Assembly (NCBI GenBank): GCA_041158505.1
Contig: JBEBBG010000009.1
Location: forward strand, 5,157-69,156
DNA: 64,000 nucleotides
Reading direction: 5' to 3'
Source: Candidatus Parcubacteria bacterium
Lineage (GTDB): Bacteria > Patescibacteriota > Minisyncoccia > Phycocordibacterales > JAACPR01
Shown here: piece by piece, positions 54,645 through 64,000 of the stretch
Layout: every line of letters begins with the position of its first letter
How positions within the stretch are numbered: position 1 is the first letter of the stretch
Notes under the pieces: model-generated
The model's database searches: none
Told to the model about the DNA's origin: nothing
What the model saw: only the letters and a program-made list of their open reading frames with translations
Program-made: the position numbers and the translations under genes

Positions 54645-56263
54645 TTCGATTTTTAATCAAAAAACTCCGCGCGCTTCTCAAGCGTCAAATGCGTGATATT
54701 GCACTGTACCAAGACACGCACCCTACAACTCCGGTACCCACGGCAGTAGCGACGCCTGTCCTTACTCCAGTGCAAGAACCAAGCGAAGAAGAGCTTGAGG
54801 CAGATATCCCATCACCAAAAGCAATTGGAGTAGATGCAGCAGATGCACCAGCAAAGGAGGAGGTTGCTGATTCACCTGTTTCGGTCGCAGGCGCTTTTGT
54901 ACCAATGCAAGCGTTTAACCCAAACGTGGTCATCACACGCGTGCCGCCATCTCCAACAGGATCACTGCACGTTGGTACTGCGCGCACCATGCTCTTTAAC
55001 TACCTCTTTGCGCGTCAGAACGGCGGCAAACTCTACCTGCGCATGGAGGATACTGACAAGGAGCGCAGCAAAATTGAGCATGAAGCAGACATCATTGAGG
55101 GTCTGCAGTGGCTTGGACTAACCTGGGACAACAGCGACACCATTTACCGGCAGAGCGAGCAGACCGAACGCTACCGCGAAGCGCTTGAGTATTTGATCGC
55201 AACAGGCACAGCCTACGTTTCAAAGGAAGCAGCAGAAGAAGGGAAACGAGCAGAGGTGATTCGATTTAAGAATCCAAACAAGGTTGTCACCTTTACCGAT
55301 ATTATTCGTGGCGATATTAGCTTCGATACCACAGAGCTTGGCGATTTCGTGATTGCGAAATCGCTCGACGAACCGCTCTACCATCTTGCCGTCGTTGTTG
55401 ATGATATCGACATGGCAATTACGCACATCATTCGTGGTGAAGATCACATTTCAAACACACCTCGACAAATTCTTATCCAAGAGGCACTTGGTGCACCGCG
55501 TCCACAGTATGCACACGTACCGCTCCTACTCGGCGAAGACAAAGCAAAACTCTCGAAGCGTAAGGGTGCAAAATCAATTGATCAGTTCAAAGCAGAGGGA
55601 TACCTACCGCAAGCCGTGCTGAACTTCCTCGCGCTCCTTGGTTGGAATCCAGGAGATGATCGAGAACTATTCAGCCTCGAGGAACTCATTACCGCTTTCT
55701 CACTCGAAAATGTTCAGAAGGGAGGTGCCGTTTTCTCAGAGACAAAGCTCCGCTGGTTTAACCATGAGTACCTCAAACTGCTCACTCCTGAAGCCCAGAA
55801 AGAGCTCCTCAATAGCATCAAAGCAGCGCTTGAGGCTCATGGTGCCCCAAAAGCGCTTGCGCGTTCACTCACACCGCTCGTGTCTGAACGAATCGACATA
55901 CTCAGCGATGTCACCAAGCTTCTTGAAAGTGGTGAGTTGCAGTACTTTTTTGAGGCACCTACCTACGACGTTAATGGGTTGCTGTGGAAGAAGGCCGAGA
56001 GCCTTGCTGAGATGAAAACACACCTCAGCGCCGTTCGCGATATGATTGCACCACTTGAAACGTGGACACTCGAGCAGATTAAAGCAGTGGTCTGGGACTA
56101 CGCTGGTGAGCACGGTCGTGGCAATGTCCTTTGGCCATTTCGATTTGCGCTCTCAGGACGCGAGCAATCTCCTGACCCATTTGAGATTGCTGAAATTTTG
56201 GGAAAAGAAGAAACCCTTGCTAGAATTGATACTGCAGTAGCACGTATCAATGAGCACGCCTAA
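54641..56263 (+). CDS. gltX: glutamyl-tRNA synthetase with a ~90-aa low-complexity N-terminal extension
   Basis: VITRVPPSPTGSLHVGTARTMLFNYLFAR (HIGH-type). KLSKRKG (KMSKS). ATGA start overlap with murG. An alternative internal start MQAFNPN lies at 54905. Confidence 0.85.
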   Translation: MIRFLIKKLRALLKRQMRDIALYQDTHPTTPVPTAVATPVLTPVQEPSEEELEADIPSPKAIGVDAADAPAKEEVADSPVSVAGAFVPMQAFNPNVVITRVPPSPTGSLHVGTARTMLFNYLFARQNGGKLYLRMEDTDKERSKIEHEADIIEGLQWLGLTWDNSDTIYRQSEQTERYREALEYLIATGTAYVSKEAAEEGKRAEVIRFKNPNKVVTFTDIIRGDISFDTTELGDFVIAKSLDEPLYHLAVVVDDIDMAITHIIRGEDHISNTPRQILIQEALGAPRPQYAHVPLLLGEDKAKLSKRKGAKSIDQFKAEGYLPQAVLNFLALLGWNPGDDRELFSLEELITAFSLENVQKGGAVFSETKLRWFNHEYLKLLTPEAQKELLNSIKAALEAHGAPKALARSLTPLVSERIDILSDVTKLLESGELQYFFEAPTYDVNGLLWKKAESLAEMKTHLSAVRDMIAPLETWTLEQIKAVVWDYAGEHGRGNVLWPFRFALSGREQSPDPFEIAEILGKEETLARIDTAVARINEHA

Positions 56264-57599
56264 GACCACACACCCAAGAGCACGACGACGAGCGCTCGCA
56301 GGTCTCTGCGGGCTCTTTGTTATGGTTGGCATACTCATGGGTACACCTCCAGAGTTTGCACTCGCTGATGAAGAAAAGATTGAAGAACTCCAAAAAAACA
56401 TTGGCGCACTAAACGACAAGCTCGACGAAATTAACCAAGCAATTAAGGAAGCAGAATCGCGTGTCGCAGCGTCGAGTGCAGAAGCGGCAAGTATTGCAAG
56501 CAGGGTCCGCCAGCTCGAAGCGAGCCGCTCAAAGATTGAGAAAGACATTTCGTATACCGAAACACAAATCCAAAAAACGCAGCTTGAAATTGAAAAAATC
56601 GGCTACGAAATTTCAGACAAGGAAACGCGCATCGCTCGCAATACTGAAGCACTGGCTGTTGCCATTAAAGAGCTCGATGCAATGGAATCACTCTCTTTGA
56701 TTGAGCTTTTGCTGGCATACGACAACCTTGGCGACTTTTTTAATCAGGTCCAGGCAATTGAAACATTCCAAGACACCGTGCAGGATACCGTGCTTACGCT
56801 TCGTGGCCTCAATACCGAACTTCGTACCAAGCAGCAAGCAGAAGCCCAAGAGAAGCAGCAACTTGAGTCGAGCAGAAAGCTATTGAGCGGTGAACGAGAA
56901 GCAGTTGCGAGCACAAAATCAAAACAACAAGAGCTCCTCACCGTTGCTCAAAAAACCGAAGCAGAGCAACGTGCGTACCTTGCTCAAAAGCAGCAAGAGA
57001 AGCAGCAGTTCGAATCAGCACTCCTCGAATTTGAATCAGAACTCAAAACGCTCATCGATCCAACGAGCTTTCCGAGTGCACGACAAGGAGTGCTGAGCTG
57101 GCCGGTTGATACCGTTCGCATTACACAGCAGTTTGGTGGTACGCAATTTGCAAAAAACAACCCACACATCTACGGTCGCGCAATGCACAATGGTACAGAC
57201 TTCGGCGTTCCTGTTGGTTCAAAGGTATATGCCGTCACCGATGGTGTGGTCCAAGCAAGCGGCAATACCGATGCATACCCAGGCTGCCGTTCATGGGGAA
57301 AGTGGATACTGGTAAAGCACACCAACGGCCTCAGTTCACTGTATGCACACCTCTCGAGCATTTTGGTAAATGAGGGAGATTCAGTCACTAAGGGGCAGAA
57401 TATTGCACTATCAGGCAATACAGGCGTCTCAACAGGACCACACCTACACCTCACCCTATATGCATCACAAGGTGTACAGGTAGTGAAATTTAACGAGTTC
57501 AAACCAGGCGCAACGGGATGTGCTGCGACCGGCGCTGCAACTCCAGTGGCACCACTTGAGGCATACCTCGATCCGATGACGTACTTGCCTAGTTTATAG
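56250..57599 (+). CDS. M23-family metallopeptidase with N-terminal coiled coil (EnvC/NlpD-like)
   Basis: Signal/TM. A long coiled-coil region. M23 motifs HNGTDFGVPVGSKVYAV and ...GNTGVSTGPHLHLTLY. Confidence 0.75.
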   Translation: MSTPKTTHPRARRRALAGLCGLFVMVGILMGTPPEFALADEEKIEELQKNIGALNDKLDEINQAIKEAESRVAASSAEAASIASRVRQLEASRSKIEKDISYTETQIQKTQLEIEKIGYEISDKETRIARNTEALAVAIKELDAMESLSLIELLLAYDNLGDFFNQVQAIETFQDTVQDTVLTLRGLNTELRTKQQAEAQEKQQLESSRKLLSGEREAVASTKSKQQELLTVAQKTEAEQRAYLAQKQQEKQQFESALLEFESELKTLIDPTSFPSARQGVLSWPVDTVRITQQFGGTQFAKNNPHIYGRAMHNGTDFGVPVGSKVYAVTDGVVQASGNTDAYPGCRSWGKWILVKHTNGLSSLYAHLSSILVNEGDSVTKGQNIALSGNTGVSTGPHLHLTLYASQGVQVVKFNEFKPGATGCAATGAATPVAPLEAYLDPMTYLPSL

Positions 57600-57654
57600 T
57601 GGAAAAATAAAAGCCGGCCAGTGATATGGGTGGTATACTTATGAGGTATACAGC

Positions 57655-58488
57655 GTGCGTATGAGGGGGATTATTTTTAAAAAAAGTGCTTTTTCTTTGC
57701 TATGCGTAGCGTTAGTGTCTGCGCCATTTCTCGTATTTAGCCAGGAAGTAGTTTCCGATGCCCCTAGCGCACCATCGCAAGGATACTTTATCGATAATAC
57801 GAAGCCTGAAAACGAGCGCGTTGTTGAATCCGCAACGTTTGATAATGAATCGAGCAGTATTGTCCGATCAACAAACTCAGAAACACAAGAGGCTACTACT
57901 GAAACCGATACTCCCACCGAAGATCCTGCCGCAGCAGAGCAACCATCCGGAGAAGCAGAGAACGCTGCTGATGCTGCCGCTCCAGAACCTCAGGAAGAGG
58001 CACCTACAGCACAAGCAGCAGAAGAGGCACCAGCAGCAGAAACCACAACGGAACCTGCTCCCGAACCCGTTGCAGAAAAACCTACTCCTGCTCCAGTAGC
58101 GCAACCACAGGAAGAAGTTGAACCGCCAATGCGAACCTTCACAAAAAAGATTTTTGTGAATAAAGATGCTGTACACACCTGCACCGCAGAAGTCTTTAGT
58201 GTCGACATGAGCGGTCGCACCACCGCTCAAAACACCCTACAGCTCACCAAAGAAGCTGACATCGCATACGAACTCGAAGTTGGAAGTTTGCCAACAGGTA
58301 TCGATGTACGTTTTACAGACGGTAATAGCTACTACAAAAATATCGGTCTTGAAGACGAGAGCGCCGACTTTACGATTAGCCTCGAAAGCAACGCCGCAAA
58401 GGGAAGCTTTACTATCCCTATTATTTACACACAAAAGGGTGTCTTTGACTCATCAGTAGTTTGCCAGGTTAACGTAGTGAACCAATGA
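57655..58488 (+). CDS. hypothetical secreted protein with acidic P/A/E-rich linker
   Basis: Signal peptide LLCVALVSAPFLVFSQE. A low-complexity region EAPTAQAAEEAPAAETTTEPAPEP. A folded C-terminal domain. Confidence 0.5.
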   Translation: MRMRGIIFKKSAFSLLCVALVSAPFLVFSQEVVSDAPSAPSQGYFIDNTKPENERVVESATFDNESSSIVRSTNSETQEATTETDTPTEDPAAAEQPSGEAENAADAAAPEPQEEAPTAQAAEEAPAAETTTEPAPEPVAEKPTPAPVAQPQEEVEPPMRTFTKKIFVNKDAVHTCTAEVFSVDMSGRTTAQNTLQLTKEADIAYELEVGSLPTGIDVRFTDGNSYYKNIGLEDESADFTISLESNAAKGSFTIPIIYTQKGVFDSSVVCQVNVVNQ

Positions 58489-59435
58489 GTAAGTATCTGA
58501 ACCAGCGCGCACTATCGCTACTAACGCTGCTCCTGTTTGTACTCTGTATAGTACTTACTATTTTTTATTTCCGGGAGAGGGAAAGTAATCCTGCGCACGC
58601 ACTCGAAACGTATAGCTTTATTAACCCTACTCGAAACCTCATTGAGCAAAAGCACTTCTTCTCAACACTTCAACCACTTCGTGAAGATATTCGTAACACC
58701 ATCGCTGACTACGAAGCCGAAGGATACCGAGTTGGTTTGTACTTTGAATACCTCAACACAGGTGGCAACATCTCGGTAAATCCGGACATGCGCTTTTGGC
58801 CTGCATCACTGAGCAAAATGCCAACGGCCTTTGTGGTCATGAAAAAAATACAAGATGGCGATTGGGAACTTTCAAATGAACTGGTCCTTTTTGAAGAAGA
58901 TCGAGATAATCGTTTTGGAATGCTCTACACAGAACCAGTTGGTACACGCCTCACTGTTGAAGAACTCCTCAAGAAGCTACTCGTCGAGTCTGATAACACG
59001 GCACACAAGATGCTTATTCGTAACGTTGCAAGTACTGAATTTGACATGCTTATTGAAGCGCTCGGTATGGGAGAGCTCTTCGATAAAGAATACGACATCA
59101 CCGCAAAAGAGTACTCGCGCATCTTTAGTGCACTCTTTAATGCAAGCTACCTAGACAGAGAGCATTCACAGATGCTTTTAACATACCTTGCAGAAACACC
59201 GTTTACAGAATTTATCGATAGCGGTATCCCGGATGATGTTGTCTTTTCACATAAAATCGGCGAGGAATTTGAGAAATCAGTCTTTTTGGATAGCGGTATT
59301 GTCTACGTACCAAATCGACCATACCTCATCACCATCATGGTCGACACGAGTGCTAACGACGGGGGTGTAGAGAAGGCAAAGGAAATTATGAAAACGCTTT
59401 CAGAAAAAGCATACAACTATGTGGCAAGCTATTAA
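58485..59435 (+). CDS. serine hydrolase with class-A beta-lactamase/PBP-like fold
   Basis: N-terminal TM. SxxK (ASLSKMPTAF), SDN (ESDNTAHKML), and a KTG-like HKIGEE. ATGA overlap with the upstream gene. Confidence 0.6.
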   Translation: MSKYLNQRALSLLTLLLFVLCIVLTIFYFRERESNPAHALETYSFINPTRNLIEQKHFFSTLQPLREDIRNTIADYEAEGYRVGLYFEYLNTGGNISVNPDMRFWPASLSKMPTAFVVMKKIQDGDWELSNELVLFEEDRDNRFGMLYTEPVGTRLTVEELLKKLLVESDNTAHKMLIRNVASTEFDMLIEALGMGELFDKEYDITAKEYSRIFSALFNASYLDREHSQMLLTYLAETPFTEFIDSGIPDDVVFSHKIGEEFEKSVFLDSGIVYVPNRPYLITIMVDTSANDGGVEKAKEIMKTLSEKAYNYVASY

Positions 59436-59463
59436 ACAAGCAGCGAAGAAAGTATTTGTATGC

Positions 59464-62400
59464 ATGCTCATACTCTTTTTGTTTCTTTCTGGTTTTCCAA
59501 GTAAAGACTTCTTTGCGTTTGCGCGAGATGCATTTCGAGATCGAAACGTAATCGACAGCCTGTACTTAGCGCTTCAGGATAAGGATGTAGTTGACCGAGA
59601 TGCTCAGCTTTTACTGAACTCACCAGTACCTAAAGCATCAGCCGCAACGTTTCAAATGAACTCTGGTTACTATATCGGTAACGGAGGTGTGAAAACTATT
59701 TCCGGACTTGGATTTCGTCCTGAATTAATCTTATTAAAATCTAACAGTGCAACAATCGCCAGTGTCTTTCACACAAATATCATGCCAGATGATACCACTG
59801 CATACATGGGTAGCGCCACAGCAGACAGTACCGCAGGATTTGTGAGAATTGAGGAAGATGGGTTTGAAGTGTACTCAACAGCAAACACTGCAAACACACG
59901 GTACACATGGGTTGCATTTGCTGGATCTGACTGTAGTGCTTCAGGCACTATGTGTATTGGAAGCTACGTGGGTAACGGTGCATCCAATCAAGCAATAACC
60001 TCCGTTGGTTTCCAACCTGATTTAGTATGGACAAAACGAACTACAAACGAACGATCCGCCACATGGAGATCCTCATCCATGTCTACTAACTACGGGCAAT
60101 ACTTCTCCGCCACCACACAAGATACGACGGGTGTGCTTTTCCAAACACTCGACGCGACAGGCTTTACTGTTGGGTTAAGCAATAACACAAGTACTGGTAT
60201 CTATTACTACGTCGCATTCAAAGAGGTATCTGGGTTTATGGATGTGGGCACCTATACGGGAAATGCTACAGACAACAGAAGTATTACAGGGGTTGGCTTT
60301 AAACCCGATTGGGTTTTCTTAAAAAATGCAAATGCAGGCACACCTGTTGCTGCCTCATTCTCACAAAAAGAAATGTACGGTGATTCAACAGGTCTGTTTA
60401 CAGCAGCTCAAAATATATCCGACTCTATCCAAACATTAGAAAGTGATGGATTTCAGGTTGGTGCAAATTCCAGTTCAAACGGAACAACCAACACTGTGCA
60501 CTATGCCGCTTTTAAAGGTGTTCCTGCAGTAAGTTCATCTGGTACATTCAAAATGGCAAGCGGTTCATACACTGCAGACAGCACCATTAAAATCATTGAG
60601 GGATTGGACTTCAAACCAGACCTAGTCATTATCAAAGGAGAAACCACGCAAGCCGGAGTATTTCGAACAAGTCTGATGGGAGGAAACTCTACTGCATATT
60701 TAGACTCCGCAACAGCAAACTTTTCCGGAGGTATTACTGCAATGAACCACGACGGTTTTACCATTGGTGAACACGCTACGGTAAACACCCACGGAATTAC
60801 GTACCACTGGCAAGCCTTTGGAGGTGCATGGAATCCAGAAACTAAATCAGGTTCATCTGATTTTTATATTGGCGCATACTACGGAAACACCCTTGATAAC
60901 AGAACTGTAGCAGATCTCCCGTTTCAAGCTGACTTACTTGTTGTAAAAAGATTTGGTGCCAGCGGTGGAGTGTTTAAGACATCAGCCCACACTGGTGACA
61001 CAACAAGTTCTTTTGCAGCAACAGCTGATGTGGCTGATTACATTCAAACTATAAATGCAGATGGTTTTCAGGTTGGGAACGGAGGATCATCAATTAATGC
61101 AAATGGGCAAATATACTTTTACTTTGGCTTTAAAGAAGGGAGTGATTTTGATGTGGGTACGTACTCTGGTAATGCTTCAGACAACCGCGATATCACAAAC
61201 CCTGGATTTGACCCTGACCTCGCTTGGATAAAGAGAAGCACAGCGGTAGCCGGCGTTACTCGTCCAAGCACGCTTGCCGGGGACCTGACACAATATTTTA
61301 TTACTACTGCACAAGCTGCTGGAAGAATTAAATCTTTTGTGACGGGTGGTTTTAGATTGGGAACCCAAACAGAAGTAAATGCCAGTGGCGGAACCTACTA
61401 CTACGCAACATGGGATGTAAACAGTACTCAGTCTGCCGTAGATCCAGTAGATTACGCCATGAGAACTGGTTACTACATGGGAAATGGAACACATCAAGAA
61501 ATTACAGGACTTGGCTTTAGGCCTGAGATGGTAATTATCAAAGCCAACACCAACGCTGGACACGGAACGGTGTACAAGAACGAGTATATGCCCGAAAGTG
61601 CTGTGAATGGCCTTGGTCTAAACTCGTCGAGCGCAGTCCTCACAGAAACAGCAACGTACGATATTATTTTTCAAGCAGACGGATTCCGTGTTGTTGGTGC
61701 AAACACAAATACTGTAAACGCGGGGTACACTTGGATTGCGTTTGCTGGATCAAACTGTACCATCACGGGCGCATTCTGTACGGGTGGATACCTTGGAACA
61801 TATGGTGTCACCAACGGTGTACCTGTATTTGGTAGAAAATTAAAAACTGGTTTTCCACCAGGACTGTTAGCAATTAGTACCAAATCAGCTGGAATCGGAC
61901 CAATTTTTACAACACAAGATTTTCAGACAGATATCGGGACACACGGTGCATTTGCAGCAGATTTCGGTGCTGCATCTGCTGCTACAGAACTCATGAAAAC
62001 TAATGATTTAGGAATCGGAATACTAAATGGTAACTACTCTATTAGTGCCATAGGACACTACTTCTTTGGATTTGCTGGCAAATCGGGCACATACGACACT
62101 GCGACATACGAATGGACTCGCACCGCAGGACCAACTGCTGGAAACGCGTTGAGCGGAAATAGCATAACTGTAGATAGTGTTGATGGAGACGTTTTTGTAG
62201 GAGGAAACTTTACTGGAACTGTTGATTTAGATCCTACAAGTGGTACGGATAGTCGCACTGCCACAGCCGGTGATATTTATCTAAGTAAGTACACCGCAAG
62301 TGGGTCGTATGGATGGAGCAGAGTATTTGGTGGGTCAGGATCAGATGCTGCAAGTAGTGTGGCAGCAGACAGTAGCGGAAATATCTTTGTATCAGGAAAC

Positions 62401-63999
62401 TTTTCCAACTCTGTTGATTTTGATGACACGGGGGGAACAGATACTAAAGCATCGGTTGGGTCATCAGACGTCTTTGTAACCAAGTACAACGCAGACGGGT
62501 CGTATGGATGGACTCGCAACTTTGGCAATAGTTCTGAAACTGAAAAAGCAATTACAACGGATCCAAGCGGCAATGTCTTTATTGTAGGAAGTTTTGGAGC
62601 CACAATCGATTTTGATGGCACCGCAGGAACTGATAGCAAAGGAGTATCGGGAAATATCGATGCTTTTCTTACTAAATACAACGCAGACGGGTCGTATGGG
62701 TGGACGAGAGCAGTAGGTGGAACAGCAGCTGATTCGGCTAACAGCGTTGCAACAGACAGTAGTGGTAATGTTTTTATAACAGGCAGCTTTACAGGAACTG
62801 TTGATTTGGATGGAACCGCAGGAACTGACAGCCGAACATCAAATACATCGTCAACTGATGTATTTATAACCAAATACAACGCAGACGGTACATATGGATG
62901 GAGCAGAGTATTTGGAGGAACCACTTCAAATGATCAGGGTATCGGTATTTCAGTTGATGGTGATGGAAATGTTTACACGACAGGAGAATTTGAGGGAACA
63001 GTTGACTTTGATGATAACGGAGGAACAGATAACGTAACGCCATTTAACAGCAAAGACGTCTTTGTAACCAAGTACAATGCAGATGGGTCGTATGGGTGGA
63101 CTAAACGTATGGGAACAAACGGTAACGACCTAGCTGCAGGTATTGCAGTTGACACCGACGGCAACAGTTTCACCTTAGGACATTACGCATCAGGTAGAGC
63201 ACTCATTCAATTGAGTTCGAGCGGTATCTTTAAAACAACAAATACCATACCGGATGTGCGTTCCACAGGAGCAAATGCCTTTACTGGTCACAAAGTCGCA
63301 ATTAATGGTGCTGATGTGCATGTCGTTGGTAACTTTAAGAATACAGTAAACTTTGATGACACTGGTGGAACTGATACCCACGTAGGAACTCCTATCGATA
63401 CCGAAAACCTCTTTACCATGAAGTACTCGTTTGGCACATACAACTACACGACGACACATAATGATGTGATTGAGAGTGATTCGTATGCAGGCGATGGCAC
63501 AAGCCGAACCATTACTACAGGTTTCAGCCCAGACTTCGTTTGGGTACGAGGAAATAACGGCAGTGCGTACAGTATTTTTAATACAAAAAACTCATTTGGT
63601 AGCAACACAAGTTTCATAAACGACCTCGCAAACCTTGTTGGTGGCATTACTGGACTTGGTACAAATAGTTTCCAAGTTGCAAACAACATTAACGCCAATC
63701 AAAGTGCTATAAACTACTACTACACAGCACTCAAAGAAACAGCTACTCCTGCCACACCAAGTGGATCATTCACCATGGAAACAGGTACGTACACAGGTAA
63801 TGGCGCATACAAACGAATCGGGGGATTAAGCGGTAAACCGGATTTACTAATTATCAAAGGCGAAACTACACAGCAATCAGTATTCCGCACAAAGGTAATG
63901 CCTTCAAACTCAACTGCGTATCTGGGTTCTGCAACGGCAAACCTTGGACTTGCGATTTCATCATTGAACCATGACGGGTTCAATGTCGGTAACAGTGCT
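59464..63999 (+). CDS. giant secreted repeat protein (at least 1512 aa, 3' end beyond the window) with SBBP-like beta-propeller blades and a reiterated ~100-aa module
   Basis: The frame was read by hand and is open from the ATG at 59464 to the window end, with no in-frame stop (checked in several stretches). There are no plus-strand entries in the ORF track because no stop falls inside the window. Blades YNADGSYGWTR.FGG...SGN.F..G.F....DFD.T.GTD appear at least six times in the region 62150-63200. Modules G.Y.GNG....I.GLGF.PDL.I.K...//DGF.VG recur along the whole protein. Confidence 0.6.
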   Translation, partial: MLILFLFLSGFPSKDFFAFARDAFRDRNVIDSLYLALQDKDVVDRDAQLLLNSPVPKASAATFQMNSGYYIGNGGVKTISGLGFRPELILLKSNSATIASVFHTNIMPDDTTAYMGSATADSTAGFVRIEEDGFEVYSTANTANTRYTWVAFAGSDCSASGTMCIGSYVGNGASNQAITSVGFQPDLVWTKRTTNERSATWRSSSMSTNYGQYFSATTQDTTGVLFQTLDATGFTVGLSNNTSTGIYYYVAFKEVSGFMDVGTYTGNATDNRSITGVGFKPDWVFLKNANAGTPVAASFSQKEMYGDSTGLFTAAQNISDSIQTLESDGFQVGANSSSNGTTNTVHYAAFKGVPAVSSSGTFKMASGSYTADSTIKIIEGLDFKPDLVIIKGETTQAGVFRTSLMGGNSTAYLDSATANFSGGITAMNHDGFTIGEHATVNTHGITYHWQAFGGAWNPETKSGSSDFYIGAYYGNTLDNRTVADLPFQADLLVVKRFGASGGVFKTSAHTGDTTSSFAATADVADYIQTINADGFQVGNGGSSINANGQIYFYFGFKEGSDFDVGTYSGNASDNRDITNPGFDPDLAWIKRSTAVAGVTRPSTLAGDLTQYFITTAQAAGRIKSFVTGGFRLGTQTEVNASGGTYYYATWDVNSTQSAVDPVDYAMRTGYYMGNGTHQEITGLGFRPEMVIIKANTNAGHGTVYKNEYMPESAVNGLGLNSSSAVLTETATYDIIFQADGFRVVGANTNTVNAGYTWIAFAGSNCTITGAFCTGGYLGTYGVTNGVPVFGRKLKTGFPPGLLAISTKSAGIGPIFTTQDFQTDIGTHGAFAADFGAASAATELMKTNDLGIGILNGNYSISAIGHYFFGFAGKSGTYDTATYEWTRTAGPTAGNALSGNSITVDSVDGDVFVGGNFTGTVDLDPTSGTDSRTATAGDIYLSKYTASGSYGWSRVFGGSGSDAASSVAADSSGNIFVSGNFSNSVDFDDTGGTDTKASVGSSDVFVTKYNADGSYGWTRNFGNSSETEKAITTDPSGNVFIVGSFGATIDFDGTAGTDSKGVSGNIDAFLTKYNADGSYGWTRAVGGTAADSANSVATDSSGNVFITGSFTGTVDLDGTAGTDSRTSNTSSTDVFITKYNADGTYGWSRVFGGTTSNDQGIGISVDGDGNVYTTGEFEGTVDFDDNGGTDNVTPFNSKDVFVTKYNADGSYGWTKRMGTNGNDLAAGIAVDTDGNSFTLGHYASGRALIQLSSSGIFKTTNTIPDVRSTGANAFTGHKVAINGADVHVVGNFKNTVNFDDTGGTDTHVGTPIDTENLFTMKYSFGTYNYTTTHNDVIESDSYAGDGTSRTITTGFSPDFVWVRGNNGSAYSIFNTKNSFGSNTSFINDLANLVGGITGLGTNSFQVANNINANQSAINYYYTALKETATPATPSGSFTMETGTYTGNGAYKRIGGLSGKPDLLIIKGETTQQSVFRTKVMPSNSTAYLGSATANLGLAISSLNHDGFNVGNSA

Positions 64000-64000
64000 A

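Noticed and set aside
59436-63999. Nine minus-strand ORFs (for example 62277-62924, 215 aa; 61177-61563; 63720-63983) listed in the ORF track across the last 4.5 kb
   Set aside because: They lie antisense to a continuous plus-strand frame, verified by hand to be stop-free with clear repeat-protein sequence. Their products are low-complexity shadows of the repeats.
1-64000. CRISPR arrays, rRNA genes, transposases and integrases
   Set aside because: I scanned for short regularly spaced direct repeats, rRNA-like conserved strings, and DDE, tyrosine or serine recombinase motifs, and found none. The only repeat structures are protein-coding repeats and the palindromic hairpins already reported.

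Overview
The window is a gene-dense, almost entirely plus-strand, compact bacterial chromosome segment. There is no rpmJ between infA and rpsM, DnaJ lacks a zinc finger, AspRS is archaeal-type, and there are many large secreted or anchored proteins. I infer from this (low confidence) a reduced-genome Patescibacteria/CPR-like lineage.

The housekeeping backbone is easy to read:
- ddl (3' part), tRNA-Ala(TGC), trhO, a DedA protein, two MltG/YceG paralogs, ychF, leuS, mnmA.
- The tail of the ribosomal superoperon: infA-rpsM-rpsK-rpsD-rpoA-rplQ, then rplM-rpsI.
- grpE-dnaK-dnaJ, a histidine kinase, a CrtI-like oxidoreductase, a UbiB kinase, trpS, a YceI protein, aspS, scpA-scpB, a DacA-like PBP.
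- A split dcw cluster: mraY, then ftsW-murG, followed by gltX and an M23 peptidase.

The most unusual observations:
1. LeuS carries a complete Nudix hydrolase domain with a perfect Nudix box, inserted between the CP1/editing domain and the RLRDW/KMSKS half.
2. A roughly 6.4 kb compositionally aberrant accessory insertion lies between mraY and ftsW, where murD is normally expected. It contains an AT-rich, translationally coupled three-gene operon (hypothetical, MazG-like NTP pyrophosphatase, GIY-YIG nuclease fused to a DUF2075-type P-loop ATPase) that I regard as a candidate novel defence system. A HicB/HicA pair follows, then a GC-rich segment with two unknown genes and a secreted thermonuclease.
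3. A tandemly duplicated two-gene cassette encodes diverged paralogous surface proteins (7630-13329).
4. A giant secreted repeat protein of at least 1512 aa runs off the end of the window. It has SBBP-like beta-propeller blades and a reiterated module of about 100 aa.
5. An ATP-cone fused to an Mrr-like PD-(D/E)xK nuclease.
6. An HTH-Nudix protein with the domain order reversed relative to NrtR.
7. An orphan sigma-70 region-4 domain protein.
8. A GC-rich 390-nt intergenic segment that may encode a structured RNA.
9. A GC-rich stretch carrying two perfect CATATG-centred palindromes and a small Cys-rich minus-strand gene.

No CRISPR array, rRNA or obvious transposase was seen.
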